Shown one piece after another: positions 46,801 to 57,952 of a stretch of 64,000 nt of DNA. Every line of letters starts with the position of its first letter. Positions within the stretch are counted from its first letter, which is position 1. This DNA is from Macrostomum lignano (taxonomy: Eukaryota): NCBI GenBank assembly GCA_002269645.1, contig NIVC01000598.1, positions 1 to 64,000 of the forward strand, in the 5' to 3' direction. The translations under genes were made by a program, and so were the position numbers. Under the pieces are notes generated by a model. That model was not told where the DNA came from. It saw only the letters and a list, made by a program, of their open reading frames with translations, and searched no databases.

Positions 46801-47808
46801 GGGAGAGGCTCTCTGCAGTCCATGGAGCAGTGGTGGCTAAGGAAGAGGCTCTCTGCAGTCCATGGGGCAGTGGTGGCTAAGGGAGAGGCTCTCTGCAGTC
46901 CATGGGGCAGTGGTGGCTAAGGAAGAGGCTCTCTGCAGTCCATGGAGCAGTGGTGGCTAAGGGAGAGGCTCTCTGCAGTCCATGGGGCAGTGGTGGCTAA
47001 GGGAGAGGCTCTCTGCAGTCCATGGAGCAGTGGTGGCTAAGGGAGAGGCTCTCTGCAGTCCATGGGGCAGTGGTGGCTAAGGAAGAGGCTCTCTGCAGTC
47101 CATGGAGCAGTGGTGGCTAAGGGAGAGGCTCTCTGCAGTCTATGGAGCAGTGGTGGCTAAGGAAGAGGCTCTCTGCAGTCCATGGGGCAGTGGTGGCTAA
47201 GGGAGAGGCTCTCTGCAGTCCATGGGGCAGTGGTGGCTAAGGGAGAGGCTCTCTGCAGTCCATGGAGCAGTGGTGGCTAAGGGAGAGGCTCTCTGCAGTC
47301 CATGGGGCAGTGGTGGCTAAGGAAGAGGCTCTCTGCAGTCCATGGGGCAGTGGTGGCTAAGGGAGAGGCTCTCTGCAGTCCATGGGGCAGTCGTTCTGGT
47401 AGTTCTGGAGTCTGGTCTGCGGTTCCAAGGAAGCATGTGCATGAAGCAACTACATGCAAGCCAACAAGAAGCCATATTCTTGGCCGCAGCTCACTCTTCA
47501 TCGTCTTCGTCAGCGTGGGTAAAGTCGATCCGCGGCACCGACTGCTTCCTGCCGTCAGCTGACGGGTTCCGCAGCACCGCGCAGCCACCGCCGCCGCCGC
47601 CGCTCTGCCGTCGGCCGAAGCTGAACCGACGCGGCTGATAATGTCGCTGATGATGCTGATTTGAAGCCGGCGGCTGCTGCTGATGATGTCGCTGCGGAGT
47701 TCGCTGGATGAGCGGCTGCTCAGCTAGGTCGATGTCCACCTCGGCGGCCTCCGCAATCGGCGAGGCGAAGGGCGACGCCGGCGGTCGGGACTGAGAGCGC
47801 AGCAGCAT
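23133..47808 (-). CDS. TRPC: Canonical transient receptor potential (TRPC-family) cation channel
   Basis: Phase-consistent exons: 47808-47495, 41229-40968, 33186-33088, 32246-31912, 31332-31014, 30610-30425, 30343-30176, 29632-29377, 29313-28996, 28912-28728, 28557-28171, 28099-27899, 25976-25853, 25773-25663, (24899-24756 optional), 24188-24004, 23498-23133. Ankyrin repeats (GRNALHLAV, ITPLILAAH), CLCEDC, RLNAYRALASPAY, six TM segments, NMLIAMMSHSF, TRP box EWKFAR, C-terminal coiled coil. The core (32246-25853) is firm; the distal 5' exons are less certain. Confidence 0.93.
23565..23865. repeat. Polypyrimidine/polypurine ~12-bp repeat (TCCCTCTCTCCT)n
   Basis: About 300 bp of nearly pure C/T in the last TRPC intron. 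Confidence 0.9.
30820..30905. repeat. 20-bp tandem repeat (GACAGTGTAGATATGATTAT), ~4 degenerate copies
   Basis: Read directly from the sequence. Confidence 0.7.
32247..32523 (-). promoter_or_regulatory. Putative internal TATA promoter and alternative TRPC first exon
   Basis: TATAAAA (minus) at 32523-32517. ATG 32438 is in frame through a Q/H-rich tract into LTDEERVYL. Confidence 0.55.
34225..40400. repeat. ~6.2-kb 21-bp satellite (ATGATTGTGTTTGAGAGCTCT), ~290 units, intronic
   Basis: Continuous array with variants ctgt/tgtct/ctcc and higher-order duplicated blocks. Confidence 0.97.
40440..40805. repeat. 20-bp tandem array (CTCTAGGATTCTGCTGAGGG), ~18 units
   Basis: Adjoins the 21-bp array. 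Confidence 0.92.
41813..42108 (+). repeat. 39-bp tandem array (TGCTGTGATTGGGCAGCAGCTCTGAGCTGCAGTTCACTC), ~8 units
   Basis: Read directly; an inverted copy lies at 44405-44960. Confidence 0.92.
42110..42458. repeat. 39-bp tandem array (AGGAGACACTATGGCTCCAATGTCAGTGCACCTGTACTC), ~9 units
   Basis: Read directly; abuts the previous array. Confidence 0.92.
43315..43503 (+). mobile_element. tRNA-derived SINE
   Basis: Pol III A box TAGCCTAGTGG and B box GGTTCGATT, non-tRNA body (TTCACCCAGCCGTAAAATGGGTGCC), (ATT)n tail. Confidence 0.75.
43725..43798. repeat. (CT)n microsatellite
   Basis: About 37 perfect units. Confidence 0.97.
44405..44960 (-). repeat. 39-bp tandem array, reverse complement of 41813-42108, ~14 units
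   Basis: Unit CAGAGCTGCTGCCCAATCACAGCAGAGTGAACTGCAGCT. Confidence 0.92.
46170..47392. repeat. 40-bp tandem array (CTCTGCAGTCCATGGAGCAGTGGTGGCTAAGGGAGAGGCT), ~30 units
   Basis: Read directly; lies ~100 nt into the first TRPC intron. Confidence 0.95.
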
Positions 47809-48784
47809 TCGGTGATGCGGCGGACCCGTCTGATGCAGCTCGAACTTGTCAGGCTGGAGCCTCCCAGAGCCCTGATATGCGGATTGAAGGGGCCGGTAGC
47901 CGGTCTTAACGAAATTTCTGGCTCAGTATTGAGTTAGTGCCGTCTCTCTTTGCATTGTATTTATCTCGCGTCGGCGCTCAAACGAAGCGTCTCGCTGCTC
48001 CGCCCTCCGCCGCTTATGAGGTCTCAGAAAAAGTGTACGAGACGCGAAATTTTCCCTCGCCTCGCCTTGCCTTTTCCTGCCTTCCGCCCAAAAACTTTAC
48101 CGGCCGAGCGGGGTAACAGAGACGGCAGGCCGGGTGAAAAAGGATCCCCCCTTTTATTTCAAGGATGGCTGAGGACTTTCTGCTGTTGCCCCCGAGGCGG
48201 AGAGGAGGCGGGGGAAAACCGGAAAAGGAGAAGCCAGCCGGGAGAGGAAGAGTGAGAATAGGGGAGGAGGGCAAACTTCTCAGGACTGGCATCACCCCCC
48301 CGCATCGGTGGTTTCGGTTGGTGGCTGGCCGCTCTGGCGTCTCCTGCTTTCCCGCCGGCCGAATCGAATTACACAGGAGGCCTCCGAGAGCTACGCGGCC
48401 TCTTCAAGCCGGACGCACGCAGTTATGGCGCCGCGGAGTTTCGCTTAATTCTGTCGCCACTCGATTGCGCACACACTGGCAGCGGCGGCGCCCACATTGG
48501 GGATCTCACGGGGGCCCGCCGCGAGTGATGAATTCTTGCCGGTCACCGCCGCCTCTCCATCCCACTTTCCAGCACTTCTGCTGCAGTGCAAAGCTGTCTG
48601 ATGGCTGCGGCTAAGGTGCACTGCGGGACTGGGTAGAGCAGGATCAAGAGAGCGGAGAGGAGGATGTAGATGAACCTGGGGAAAGCATGATTTCTCATTA
48701 TTTTCTCTGTCGTCTTTGGAAGCCACCTTCATGTCCCCATCGCAGCAGAGCCCCTGTGTCTTCTGGGTCTTTTGGCACCTTTTC

Positions 48785-49535
48785 TGAGAACACCTTGGTC
48801 TTCTGGCACATTTTAAAGCACATCTTGTTCTTCTGGCACCTTTTATAGCGCACCTGTGTCTTCTGGAACCTTTTCTAGCGCACCTGTGTCTTCTGGCACC
48901 TTTTCTAGCACACCTGTGTCTTCTGGCACCTTTTCTAGCGCACCTGTGTCTTCTGGCACCTTTTCTAGCACACCTGTGTCTTCTGGCACCTTTTCTAGCG
49001 CACCTGTGTCTTCTGGCACCTTTTCTAGCACACCTGTGTCTTCTGGCACCTTTTCTAGCGCACCTGTGTCTTCTGGCACCTTTTCTAGCACACCTGTGTC
49101 TTCTGGCACCTTTTCTAGCGCACCTGTGTCTTCTGGCACCTTTTCTAGCACACCTTGGTCCTCTGGCACCTTTCCTATCGCACCTTGGTCTTCTGGCACC
49201 TTTTCTATCGCACCTTGGTCTTCTGGCACCTTTTCTATCGCACCTTGGTCTTCTGGAAACTTTCCTAGCATAACTTGGTCTTCTGGCACCTTTTCTAAGC
49301 ACACGTTGGTCCTCCGGCACCTCTTCAAGCGCACCTGTGTCTTCTGGCACCTCTTCAAGCGCCCCTAAGTCTTCTGGCACCTCTTCAAGCGCCCCTAAGT
49401 CTTCTGGCACCTTTTTTAGCGCCTCCGAGTCTTCTGGCACCTTTTCTATCGCACCTTGGTCTTCTGGAAACTTTTCTAGCACACCTTGGTCCTCTGGCAC
49501 CTTTTCTAGCGCACCTGTGTCTTGTGGCACCTTTT
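48785..49535. repeat. 30-bp tandem array (CACCTGTGTCTTCTGGCACCTTTTCTAGCG), ~25 units
   Basis: Central units alternate GCG/GCA (60-bp higher order). The minus strand reads EKVPEDTGAL repeats. Confidence 0.93.
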
Positions 49536-49988
49536 CTAGCGGCTTTCAGCATGCTCTGCTGTGCTCCGCCCGCTCCCTTACAGCGCTTCCTTCTTCCTGA
49601 CGCAGAACCGGCTCACAGTCCGCGGCCCTTGCAGCGACCAGGGCAAGAGAACTTTGAACTCAGCTTCTCCTGGAAGCAATAATTTTTCCTAACTTGGAAA
49701 TGCAAATGATGTTGTGCTTTTTTCTTGTTGATACGGGACTGCCAGGCTCCCTGAGCTGTCGATTAAAATCAGAAAGTGAAGATCTCAAGCTTCAGCATAG
49801 CAGCTTCATCTCCAGCTTCTCAGTCGCTCAGTGCTGGAGTGTTTTTTCAAGGACTTGCTGAATTGAGGAAGTTCCTGCCCTGGTTATAATGGCACTGAGG
49901 TCACTTTTGGCTGCATCGTTCATTAATTATTCAGAGATAAAATTTCAGGTATAATACTGACCCCAGGATTCATGACATTCAATGAAGA

Positions 49989-50886
49989 CTGACTCATTTG
50001 GTGACACCTGACTCATTTGGTGCCACCTGACTCATTTAGTGCCACCTGACTCATTTGGTGCCACCTGACTCATTTGGTGACACCTGACTCATTTGGTGAC
50101 ATCTGACTCATTTAGTGCCACCTGACTCATTTGGTGCCACCTGACTCATTTGGTGACACCTGACTCATTTGGTGACATCTGACTCATTTAGTGCCACCTG
50201 ACTAATTTGCTGACACCTGACTCATTTGGTGACACCTGACTCATTTGGTGACATCTGACTCATTTAGTGCCACCTGACTAATTTGCTGACACCTGACTAA
50301 TTTGGTGACACCTGACTCATTTGGTGACATCTGACTCATTTGGTGACATCTGACTCATTTAGTGCCACCTGACTAATTTGCTGACACCTGACTCATTTGG
50401 TGACACCTGACTCATTTGGTGACACCTGACTCATTTGGTGACACCTGACTCATTTGGTGACATCTGACTCATTTGGTGACACCTGACTCATTTGCTGACA
50501 CCTGACTCATTCCGTGACACCTGACTCATTTGGTGACACCTGACTCATTTGGTGACATCTGACTCATTTGCTGACACCTGACTCATTTGCTGACACCTGA
50601 CTCATTCCGTGACACCTGACTCATTTGCTGACACCTGACTCATTTGGTGACACCTGACTCATTTGCTGACACCTGACTCATTTGGTGACACCTGACTCAT
50701 TTGGTGACATCTGACTCATTTGCTGACACCTGACTCATTTGCTGACACCTGACTCATTCCGTGACACCTGACTCATTTGCTGACACCTGACTCATTTGGT
50801 GCCACCTGACTCATTTGCTGACACCTGACTCATTTGCTGACACCTGACTCATTCGGTGACACCTGACTGACTCATTTGCTGACACC
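49989..50886. repeat. 19-bp tandem array (CTGACTCATTTGGTGACAC), ~47 units
   Basis: Read directly; the unit carries TGACTCA and CA(C/T)CTG. Confidence 0.95.
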
Positions 50887-51214
50887 TTACTTCTTTGTCT
50901 GAATTAGATGAATGACCATCAAAAATTACTTTGTGTCGTTCTACAAATAATTTGTACATGTTCAATTTCCTACTATAAGTACTATTCTCTAAATAGCAAT
51001 CAAATCCACTTCTACTTATTTCCCTACGCTGCAAAACCGATGGAGTAAAATTCACCATGACTGCCGATGAGGTACATTTTCATGAAAAAACAGGCAGATA
51101 TTGACCAAAACGCAAAATCAAAGAAACTTTCTGAGGTGATCTCCATAAAAATATGATATGAATAGTAAGGCAGATCAAGATGTCGGTTGCCATGGGACTT
51201 GGTCTTGGTCAGCA

Positions 51215-51572
51215 GGTCATGTGCTGGAATTAATTGGTCATGTGTTGGAATCAGTAGGTCATGTGTTGGAATCAGCAGGTCATGTGTTGGAATCAGTAGG
51301 TCATGTGTTAGAATCAGCAGGTCATGTGTTGGAATCAGCAGGTCATGTGTTGGAATCAGCAGGTCATGCGTTTGAATCAGTAGGTCATGTGTTGGAATCA
51401 GCAGGTCATGTGTTGGAATCAGCAGGTCATGTGTTGGAATCAGCAGGTCATGTGTTGGAATCAGCAGGTTATGTGTTGAGTCGGACAGCCAGCTGAGTCG
51501 GACAGCCAGCTGAGTCAGACAGCCAGCTGAGTTGGACAGCCAGCTGAGTCGGACAGCCAGCTGAGTCGGACA
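51215..51572. repeat. 21-bp array (GGTCATGTGTTGGAATCAGCA), ~12 units, followed by 17-bp array (TCGGACAGCCAGCTGAG), ~5 units
   Basis: Read directly; same 21-mer as 58960-60150. Confidence 0.92.
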
Positions 51573-52319
51573 CCTAGAGTAATACAGCGAGATTTTGAGG
51601 CAGAATGATGAGGATGAGGAGAATTTCAGGATAAAAATTTTTCCCTTAGAAAACTTTGAGTTCTCAGCAGCCCTACAGAAAAGAGAGACTCGCATTGTTC
51701 CATAATTCATGGTCTGGTGGTTTGCCGGGACGATGCCGGGGGCGAGCGGCTCTTAAGCTTGAGCAGGGACCGACCAGGCCGCTCCAGTATGCCATTGTGG
51801 CTAGGGAGTGAGACTGAGAACTCAGGAAGCTCTCGAGATTAACAGTGATTGAATACATGCATGAGGCTATAACTGATGCAGCGTCTCGGACTGCTGAGCA
51901 CATGCAGAAACTGGAGTTGAGGATTCCTGATAGGCTGGCATGAACTCAGCTTTATCAGTGCATCAATAGCATCCGTATGAAGGCCTAAGTAGAGTGCTGG
52001 CGTCACTTCTGCCCGTTGGAAACGCACACAATCGCACCAACCGTGAGTTGCCGTTACTTCCGTTCCTTTTAGAAGAGGCCCAAGAAGAAGGCAATAATAT
52101 AATCCCGGACGGAGTTCTCAGCAGCGCCATGGAGAAGCTGAGCCGGGCCAAGACAGGAAATAATTTGAGGAGCCTCCAGTTTGGTGCAGATCTGGCCGCC
52201 AGAACCACGCTTCATCCGTTTCCAGCATCCAGGTAAGATAAGGGCTGCTCGTGTTAAAGTGCACTTCGATGGTTAACAATAATTTGTGTAGGCACTGAGG
52301 CCCCTTCAAGGATATGGTT

Positions 52320-52865
52320 CACAGCCGGTAAGAAGACATCTTGCCTGAGCAGTCGCGGTCTCAAAGCCGGTGAGAAGACATCTTGCCTGATCAGGGGCGG
52401 TCTCACAGCCGATGAAAAGACATCTTGCCTGATCAGGGGCGGTCTCACAGCCGGTGAGAAGACATCTTGCCTGATCAGGGGCGGTCTCACAGCCGGTGAG
52501 AAGACATCTTGCCTGAGCAGTCGCGGTCTCACAGCCGGTGAGGAGACATCTTGCCTGAGCAGGGGCGGTCTCACAGCCGGTGAGAAGATATCTTGCCTGA
52601 TCAGGGGCGGTCTCACAGCCGGTGAGAAGACATCTTGCCTGATCAGGGGCGGTCTCACAGCCGGTGAGGAGACATCTTGCCTGAGCAGTCGCGGTCTCAC
52701 AGCCGGTGAGAAGACATCTTGCCTGATCAGGGGCGGTCTCACAGCCGGTGAGAAGATATCTTGCCTGATCAGGGGCGGTCTCACAGCCGGTGATGAGACA
52801 TCTTGCCTGAGCAGGCGAGGTCTCACAGCCGGTGAGGAGGCATCTTGCCTGAGCAGGTCTCACAG
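52320..52865. repeat. 42-bp tandem array (TCACAGCCGGTGAGAAGACATCTTGCCTGATCAGGGGCGGTC), ~13 units
   Basis: Read directly from the sequence. Confidence 0.93.
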
Positions 52866-53567
52866 CAGGTCTTACACAGGGTCATCAGGCATGTACAAGC
52901 TCTACATGCTCTCTCTATAATTGTGGGCACTCCGGGAATCGAGCCTCGGACCTCCAGGAACCGCTGACTAGATTGCCTGTCAGACAAGCAAATTATTATC
53001 TAGTTAATTAAGTTATGGTCACAGAGTCCCAGAGTCAGCAGAGGAGAAGGCAATTTGATGTGCGAGCCGTTTTAATTATCCATTTAATTATGTTTGCGTG
53101 GCTTAAGGTTCGCTAAAACTTAAACTTGAGTGCATTTTTTCGCAAAACAGGCAAGATCAAAATATTCGAAGCAAGAGTGCGCCTCAGAGGCAGCTTCTCC
53201 GCTTCGCTCTACTCAATGCTGCTCAGTTCTCTTCATCTCTAGCTCAATAGTGCCTGTCTGGGGTTTTGGCTACACCTGAGCTGCCCTCTCACCGTCCCAG
53301 CCCCCGCTCCTGCCTGCTTTACAGTAAAACTGCCTCATAGAGGTATTTATTAGACAAGAGTCTGCTTGGCAGTCTCAGAGAGTTCACGCAAACTGGTCCA
53401 GACACCGCTGCGGTGCGCTCGGAGAAAATACCAGTCTAGAGGAGAGATAAAATAATTTTTATTCGACCATAAATGTCCCGCAAGAGTATTACCGCTAGGT
53501 AATGTATTAGCTTCATTTTACTCGAAATTTACGGCATAATAATTGAGACTGACAGTGAAATTCAGCC

Positions 53568-55725
53568 ATGGCAACTCAAAATTGCAGCTCGCGCAGGTCA
53601 GCGGACTGGAGCGCCGCGGCGGCTCGTCGGCCAGACAGCGGCTTGCTCATGAGGAGCGTGGAAGTCCAGAGAAACTATTGGGTGAGTACGTGCTATTATG
53701 AGTACATGCAGTTGTCAACGAATCACTACTCCATGGATTTTCAATCTAACACTGTCTACCTATTTAACCATCAAATTTGTCAACGTTACAGAGAAACTAT
53801 TGGGTAAGCCGGCTGTGTAAGTCTTCTGCCTCTAGGAGAAGGCATCTCTACAGCTTTGCTGAAAGTGGATGTCCTGTAGAATTAAATTCTATCAGACTTT
53901 AAAGCTGTCTTCCTTGTGCTATCACCGCTTTGTTACCGTTTTGTTTTGTCATTTTGTTCCTTTTGAATTGTAAATTTAAAATGTCCTTCACGGAGTCTCA
54001 CTGTCTCTCATGGAGTCTCATTGTCTCTCACGGAGTCTCATTGTCTCTCATGGAGTCTCATTGTCTCTCATGGAGTCTCACTGTCTCTCATGGAGTCTCA
54101 CTGTCTCTCATGGAGTCTCATTGTCTCTCATGGAGTCTCACTGTCTCTCATGGAGTCTCACTGTCTCTCATGGAGTCTCACTGTCTCTCATGGAGTCTCA
54201 TTGTCTCTCATGGAGTCTCACTGTCTCTCATGGAGTCTCACTGTCTCTCATGGAGTCTCACTGTCTCTCATGGAGTCTCATTGTCTCTCATGGAGTCTCA
54301 CTGTCTCTCATGGAGTCTCATTGTCTCTCATGGAGTCTCACTGTCTCTCATGGAGTCTCACTGTCTCTCATGGAGTCTCACTGTCTCTCAAGGAGTCTCA
54401 CTGTCTCTTATGGAGTCTCACTGTCTCTCATAGACTCTCACCGTCTCTCATAGAGTCTCACTGTCTCTCATAGAGTCTCACTGTCTCTCATGGAGTCTCA
54501 CTGTCTCTCATGGAGTCTCACTGTCTCTCATGGAGTCTCACTGTCTCTCATGGAGTCTCATCATCGAGTCTCAGTAGCTTACAGGAATCCTTCCCGACCC
54601 CGCAGACGGACTCCCCAAGTCACGCATTCGGTGAGTACCAGGACGCCTACGAGGTGCTGGCCGACAGGGGCGGCGGCGGTCACTCCAGCTGCTACCCCGA
54701 CGACGGGTCGGAGACGGCAGCGAACGCCTGGCAGGCGGCCTACTCGACTAGCCAGCAGCTGCCCGGATACCACGGACTGCCCGTGACACAGCCCGTTCGC
54801 TTCCTGAACCCCTACGGCAAGACTGTCACGCTTGGGCCGCTGCCAGCCTCCGTCCCGGCCGCGCCCAAGGACGGCAGTCAGGCGGCTTTTTATCGCGCCG
54901 GCCGAGTCGGCAGCAACTGGCGTCACGTGACCCAGTGCACCGGCAACCTTGGCAACCACATGGTCTATATTAACGGTGAGGAATGGGACGCGTCCTGAAT
55001 GGTCAAGAAAATGAAGATAGATGGCTGGAAAAGTCAGGGAGTGTGGAAAGGCGGTGTGGGTGGATGGAAAAGTCAGAGGTGGAGAAAGGCGGTGTGGAGT
55101 GGCTGGAAAAGTCAGGGAGTGGGAAAAGGCGGTGTGGGGTGGCTGGAAAAGTCAGGGAGTGGGAAAAGGCGGTGTGGGGTGGATGGAAAAGTCAGGGGTG
55201 GAGAAAGGCGGTGTGGAGTGGATGGAAAAGTCAGAGGTGGAGAAAGGCGGTGTGGAGTGGCTGGAAAAGTCAGGGAGTGGGAAAAGGCGGTGTGGGGTGG
55301 CTGGAAAAGTCAGGGAGTGGGAAAAGGCGGTGTGGGGTGGATGGAAAAGTCAGGGAGTGTGGAAAGGCGGTGTGGGGTGGCTGGAAAAGTCAGGGAGTGT
55401 GAAAGGCGATGTGGGGTGGATGGAAAAGTCTGGGAGTGTGGAAAGGCGCTGTGGGGTGGCTTGAAATTCCCGACGGCGCTTATCTCGACGATCAACAAAT
55501 CACCGCCCGCAGCCGGAGTGACGTCAGACTGTCAGCGCTTTCCGTCGCACGGCCTTTCGCCCAGCTGCAGCCTCGGCGCGCAGGCAGTGCCGGCCGCCGG
55601 TCTCCGGCCGCAGGCGACCCCGCGGCGGCCGGCCACGGGGCTGCAGCAGCAGCGAAGCTCGAAGGCGCTGCAGCGCGCCCGAGCCGGCAACAAGTACTGG
55701 TTCGAGGACAAGCGACCTCCCACCT
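53568..55725 (+). CDS. Uncharacterised spliced protein-coding gene (3' end not resolved)
   Basis: Exons 53568-53681 (GCCATGG...QRNYW|GTGAGT), 54585-54975 (ESFPTPQ...RFLNPYGKTVTLGPLP...HMVYING|GTGAGG), 55513-55725 (...GNKYWFEDKRPPT|GTGAGT). Phases are consistent and codons are GC3-rich. No family recognised. Confidence 0.6.
53992..54560. repeat. 20-bp tandem array (CTGTCTCTCATGGAGTCTCA), ~28 units
   Basis: Read directly; ends ~25 nt before the predicted acceptor at 54584. Confidence 0.95.
55019..55462. repeat. ~40-bp G-rich tandem array (GGAAAAGTCAGGGAGTGGGAAAAGGCGGTGTGGGGTGGCT), ~11 units
   Basis: Read directly; intronic. Confidence 0.92.
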
Positions 55726-56329
55726 GTGAGTAATCAAGCCCAGAGACTGCCAGGGTTCACTGTTCACTGCGGTCGGACGTCACCAGTTGCACAGATTCTT
55801 CGGATGAGTTCAATTGAGTAGTTGAACTATTTAGCAATGCATGTAACAGTAGGAATACCAAGCCATTTTCCGCCCGTCGAACTACTAAGAGAAATTCGCA
55901 TCAGGATGTTCATAGTCCCCTGGTGCCACCTGTTGAAGGTCCAGAAGCTCCGCCTGTGTGAAGGCCAGTGACCAAGTCATAGCTGATGCAGACACATGTT
56001 GTCGATGTGTTGATGAAATTTGGAGGCTTGGCAAGGCTGCACTGAGGTGCAGTGCTGATTGGCGCACAGGGGTGTACTGAAATGCACCGACTTTATGTCA
56101 GAATCGTCGAATATCTCGACGGTCCGGTAGGCTGGCGACTTGATTCTTGTTTGAGAAGGCGCGCAACAAAAAGTTAGCCCGTGTTCTTGAATTTCGTGTG
56201 CCTGCGTTGCTCCACTCCGGCGCAGCAAAAAAATTGTCAGGGGGATTTCCCCCCCCCTCAATTGTTCTTCTTCATAATCAGTCATGCGAATGATATTGCA
56301 AATCGTTTGAATACCGTAAAATATGTTAG

Positions 56330-56758
56330 CGCTGTGAATGATGCGAATAATGTAAATATTTTGAATGCTGTGAATAGTGTGAATGCTGTGAATAGTGTGA
56401 CTGCTGTGAATAGTGTGACTGCTGTGAATAGTGTGACTGCTGTGAATAGTGTGACTGCTGTGAATAGTGTGACTGCTGTGAATAGTGTGAATGCTGTGAA
56501 TAGTGTGACCTGCTGTGAATAGTGTGAATGCTGTGAATAGTGTGAATGCTGTGAATAGTGTGAATGCTGTGAATAGTGTGAATGCTGTGAATAGTGTGAA
56601 TGCTGTGAATAGTGTGAATGCTGTGAATAGTGTGAATGCTGTGAATAGTGTGAATGCTGTGAATAGTGTGAATGCTGTGAATAGTGTGAATGCTGTGAAT
56701 AGTGTGAATGCTGTGAATAGTGTGAATGCTGTGAATAGTGTGACTGTTGTGAATAGTG
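56330..56758. repeat. 18-bp tandem array (GCTGTGAATAGTGTGAAT), ~23 units
   Basis: Read directly from the sequence. Confidence 0.95.
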
Positions 56759-57164
56759 CTAGTTGTGTACATTCGCAAGGCTGATTATTTGCATTGGAAA
56801 CACAGCCTGACTTAAATTATCTGCCTCTGTTGCGCCAGCGACCTCCTGGAAGTGCACCTTCGGCAGCCGCGGCTCCTGCCTGGGAGTTGCCGGCACCGCC
56901 ATCTCGGGTGGATTCTGAGTGCGCTGGTAAAATGCTGGCTTCATCATAAATATTATGCTGCTTTATCGGACTCAGCACCAGTCACCAATGCGTACTCACT
57001 GATTTTACCTGGGAATTTTATTTGCCTTCGTCCATTGTAGCGCGCGTCATTACTATGCATGAGCTTGTTAATTATGAAACAGTACTGTGACAATACTTAA
57101 GTATAGAGATTGTGATTTCTACACTTCTGTAGGGCTTAAATACATAAAATATGAGGTATCCTGA

Positions 57165-57497
57165 CCCATTGGGTATACTCAGAGTGACATACCCAGTGTG
57201 ACATACCAAGAGTGACATACCCAGTGTGACATACCCAGTGTGACATACCCAGTGTGACATACCCAGTGTGACATACCCAGTGTGACATACCCAAGTTGAC
57301 ATACCCATTGTGACATACCCAGTGTGACATACCCAGTGTGACATACCCAGTGTGACATACGCAATGTGACAAACTCAATATGACATACCCTAATGTTGCA
57401 TAAGCAGTGTGATATACCCAGTGTGACATACCCAGTGTGATATACCCAGTGTGACATACCCAGTGTGATATACCCAGTGTGACATACCTTAGTGTGA
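57165..57497. repeat. 14-bp tandem array (GTGACATACCCAGT), ~23 units
   Basis: Read directly from the sequence. Confidence 0.93.
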
Positions 57498-57716
57498 CGT
57501 AAGCCTTTTCAAAATTTCAATATGCATTGCTAGTGCGAATATTTTTAGAATTTTCATTGCATATTTTGTTTTTTTCTTGTCCTTTAGAAACCCCATCACT
57601 TTTCTAGTGCACACCATGGACAGCTAAACTTTAAAGTACAAGGACGCTACAGTCTCAAGCCGTGCAGATTTTGCTGGAGGCCGCCGGGTTTCGCTGCAAA
57701 ACGCACTGGTTGGAAG

Positions 57717-57952
57717 TTTCCAGATTATTTTAGCACTGTAATCCCAATATCTCAGGTTTGGCCATAGACAATTCAATCGAGAAAACTTAAAGAACTTTGC
57801 GTGCTTGCCGGTCTCCGGTAGCAATTCATGAAAAATAGTTTCATAAATTTGTGATTGCACATTGGAAAGAGTACATATTTGCTTCATTTTTAGTTCGGAA
57901 CCGGAAGTCCAGAAGTTGAGATATTGGGAGTTTAGTGCTCAAAAACTGGAAA
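57717..57952. mobile_element. Small inverted-repeat (MITE-like) element
   Basis: TTTCCAGATTATTTTAGCACTGTAATCCCAATATCTCA vs TGAGATATTGGGAGTTTAGTGCTCAAAAACTGGAAA (imperfect inverted pair). Confidence 0.45.

Noticed and set aside
55885-56285. Minus-strand ORFs MTDYEEEQL... and ...QQVAPGDYEHPDANFS
   Set aside because: They need frameshifts to join, have no recognisable motif, and lie opposite a better-supported gene.
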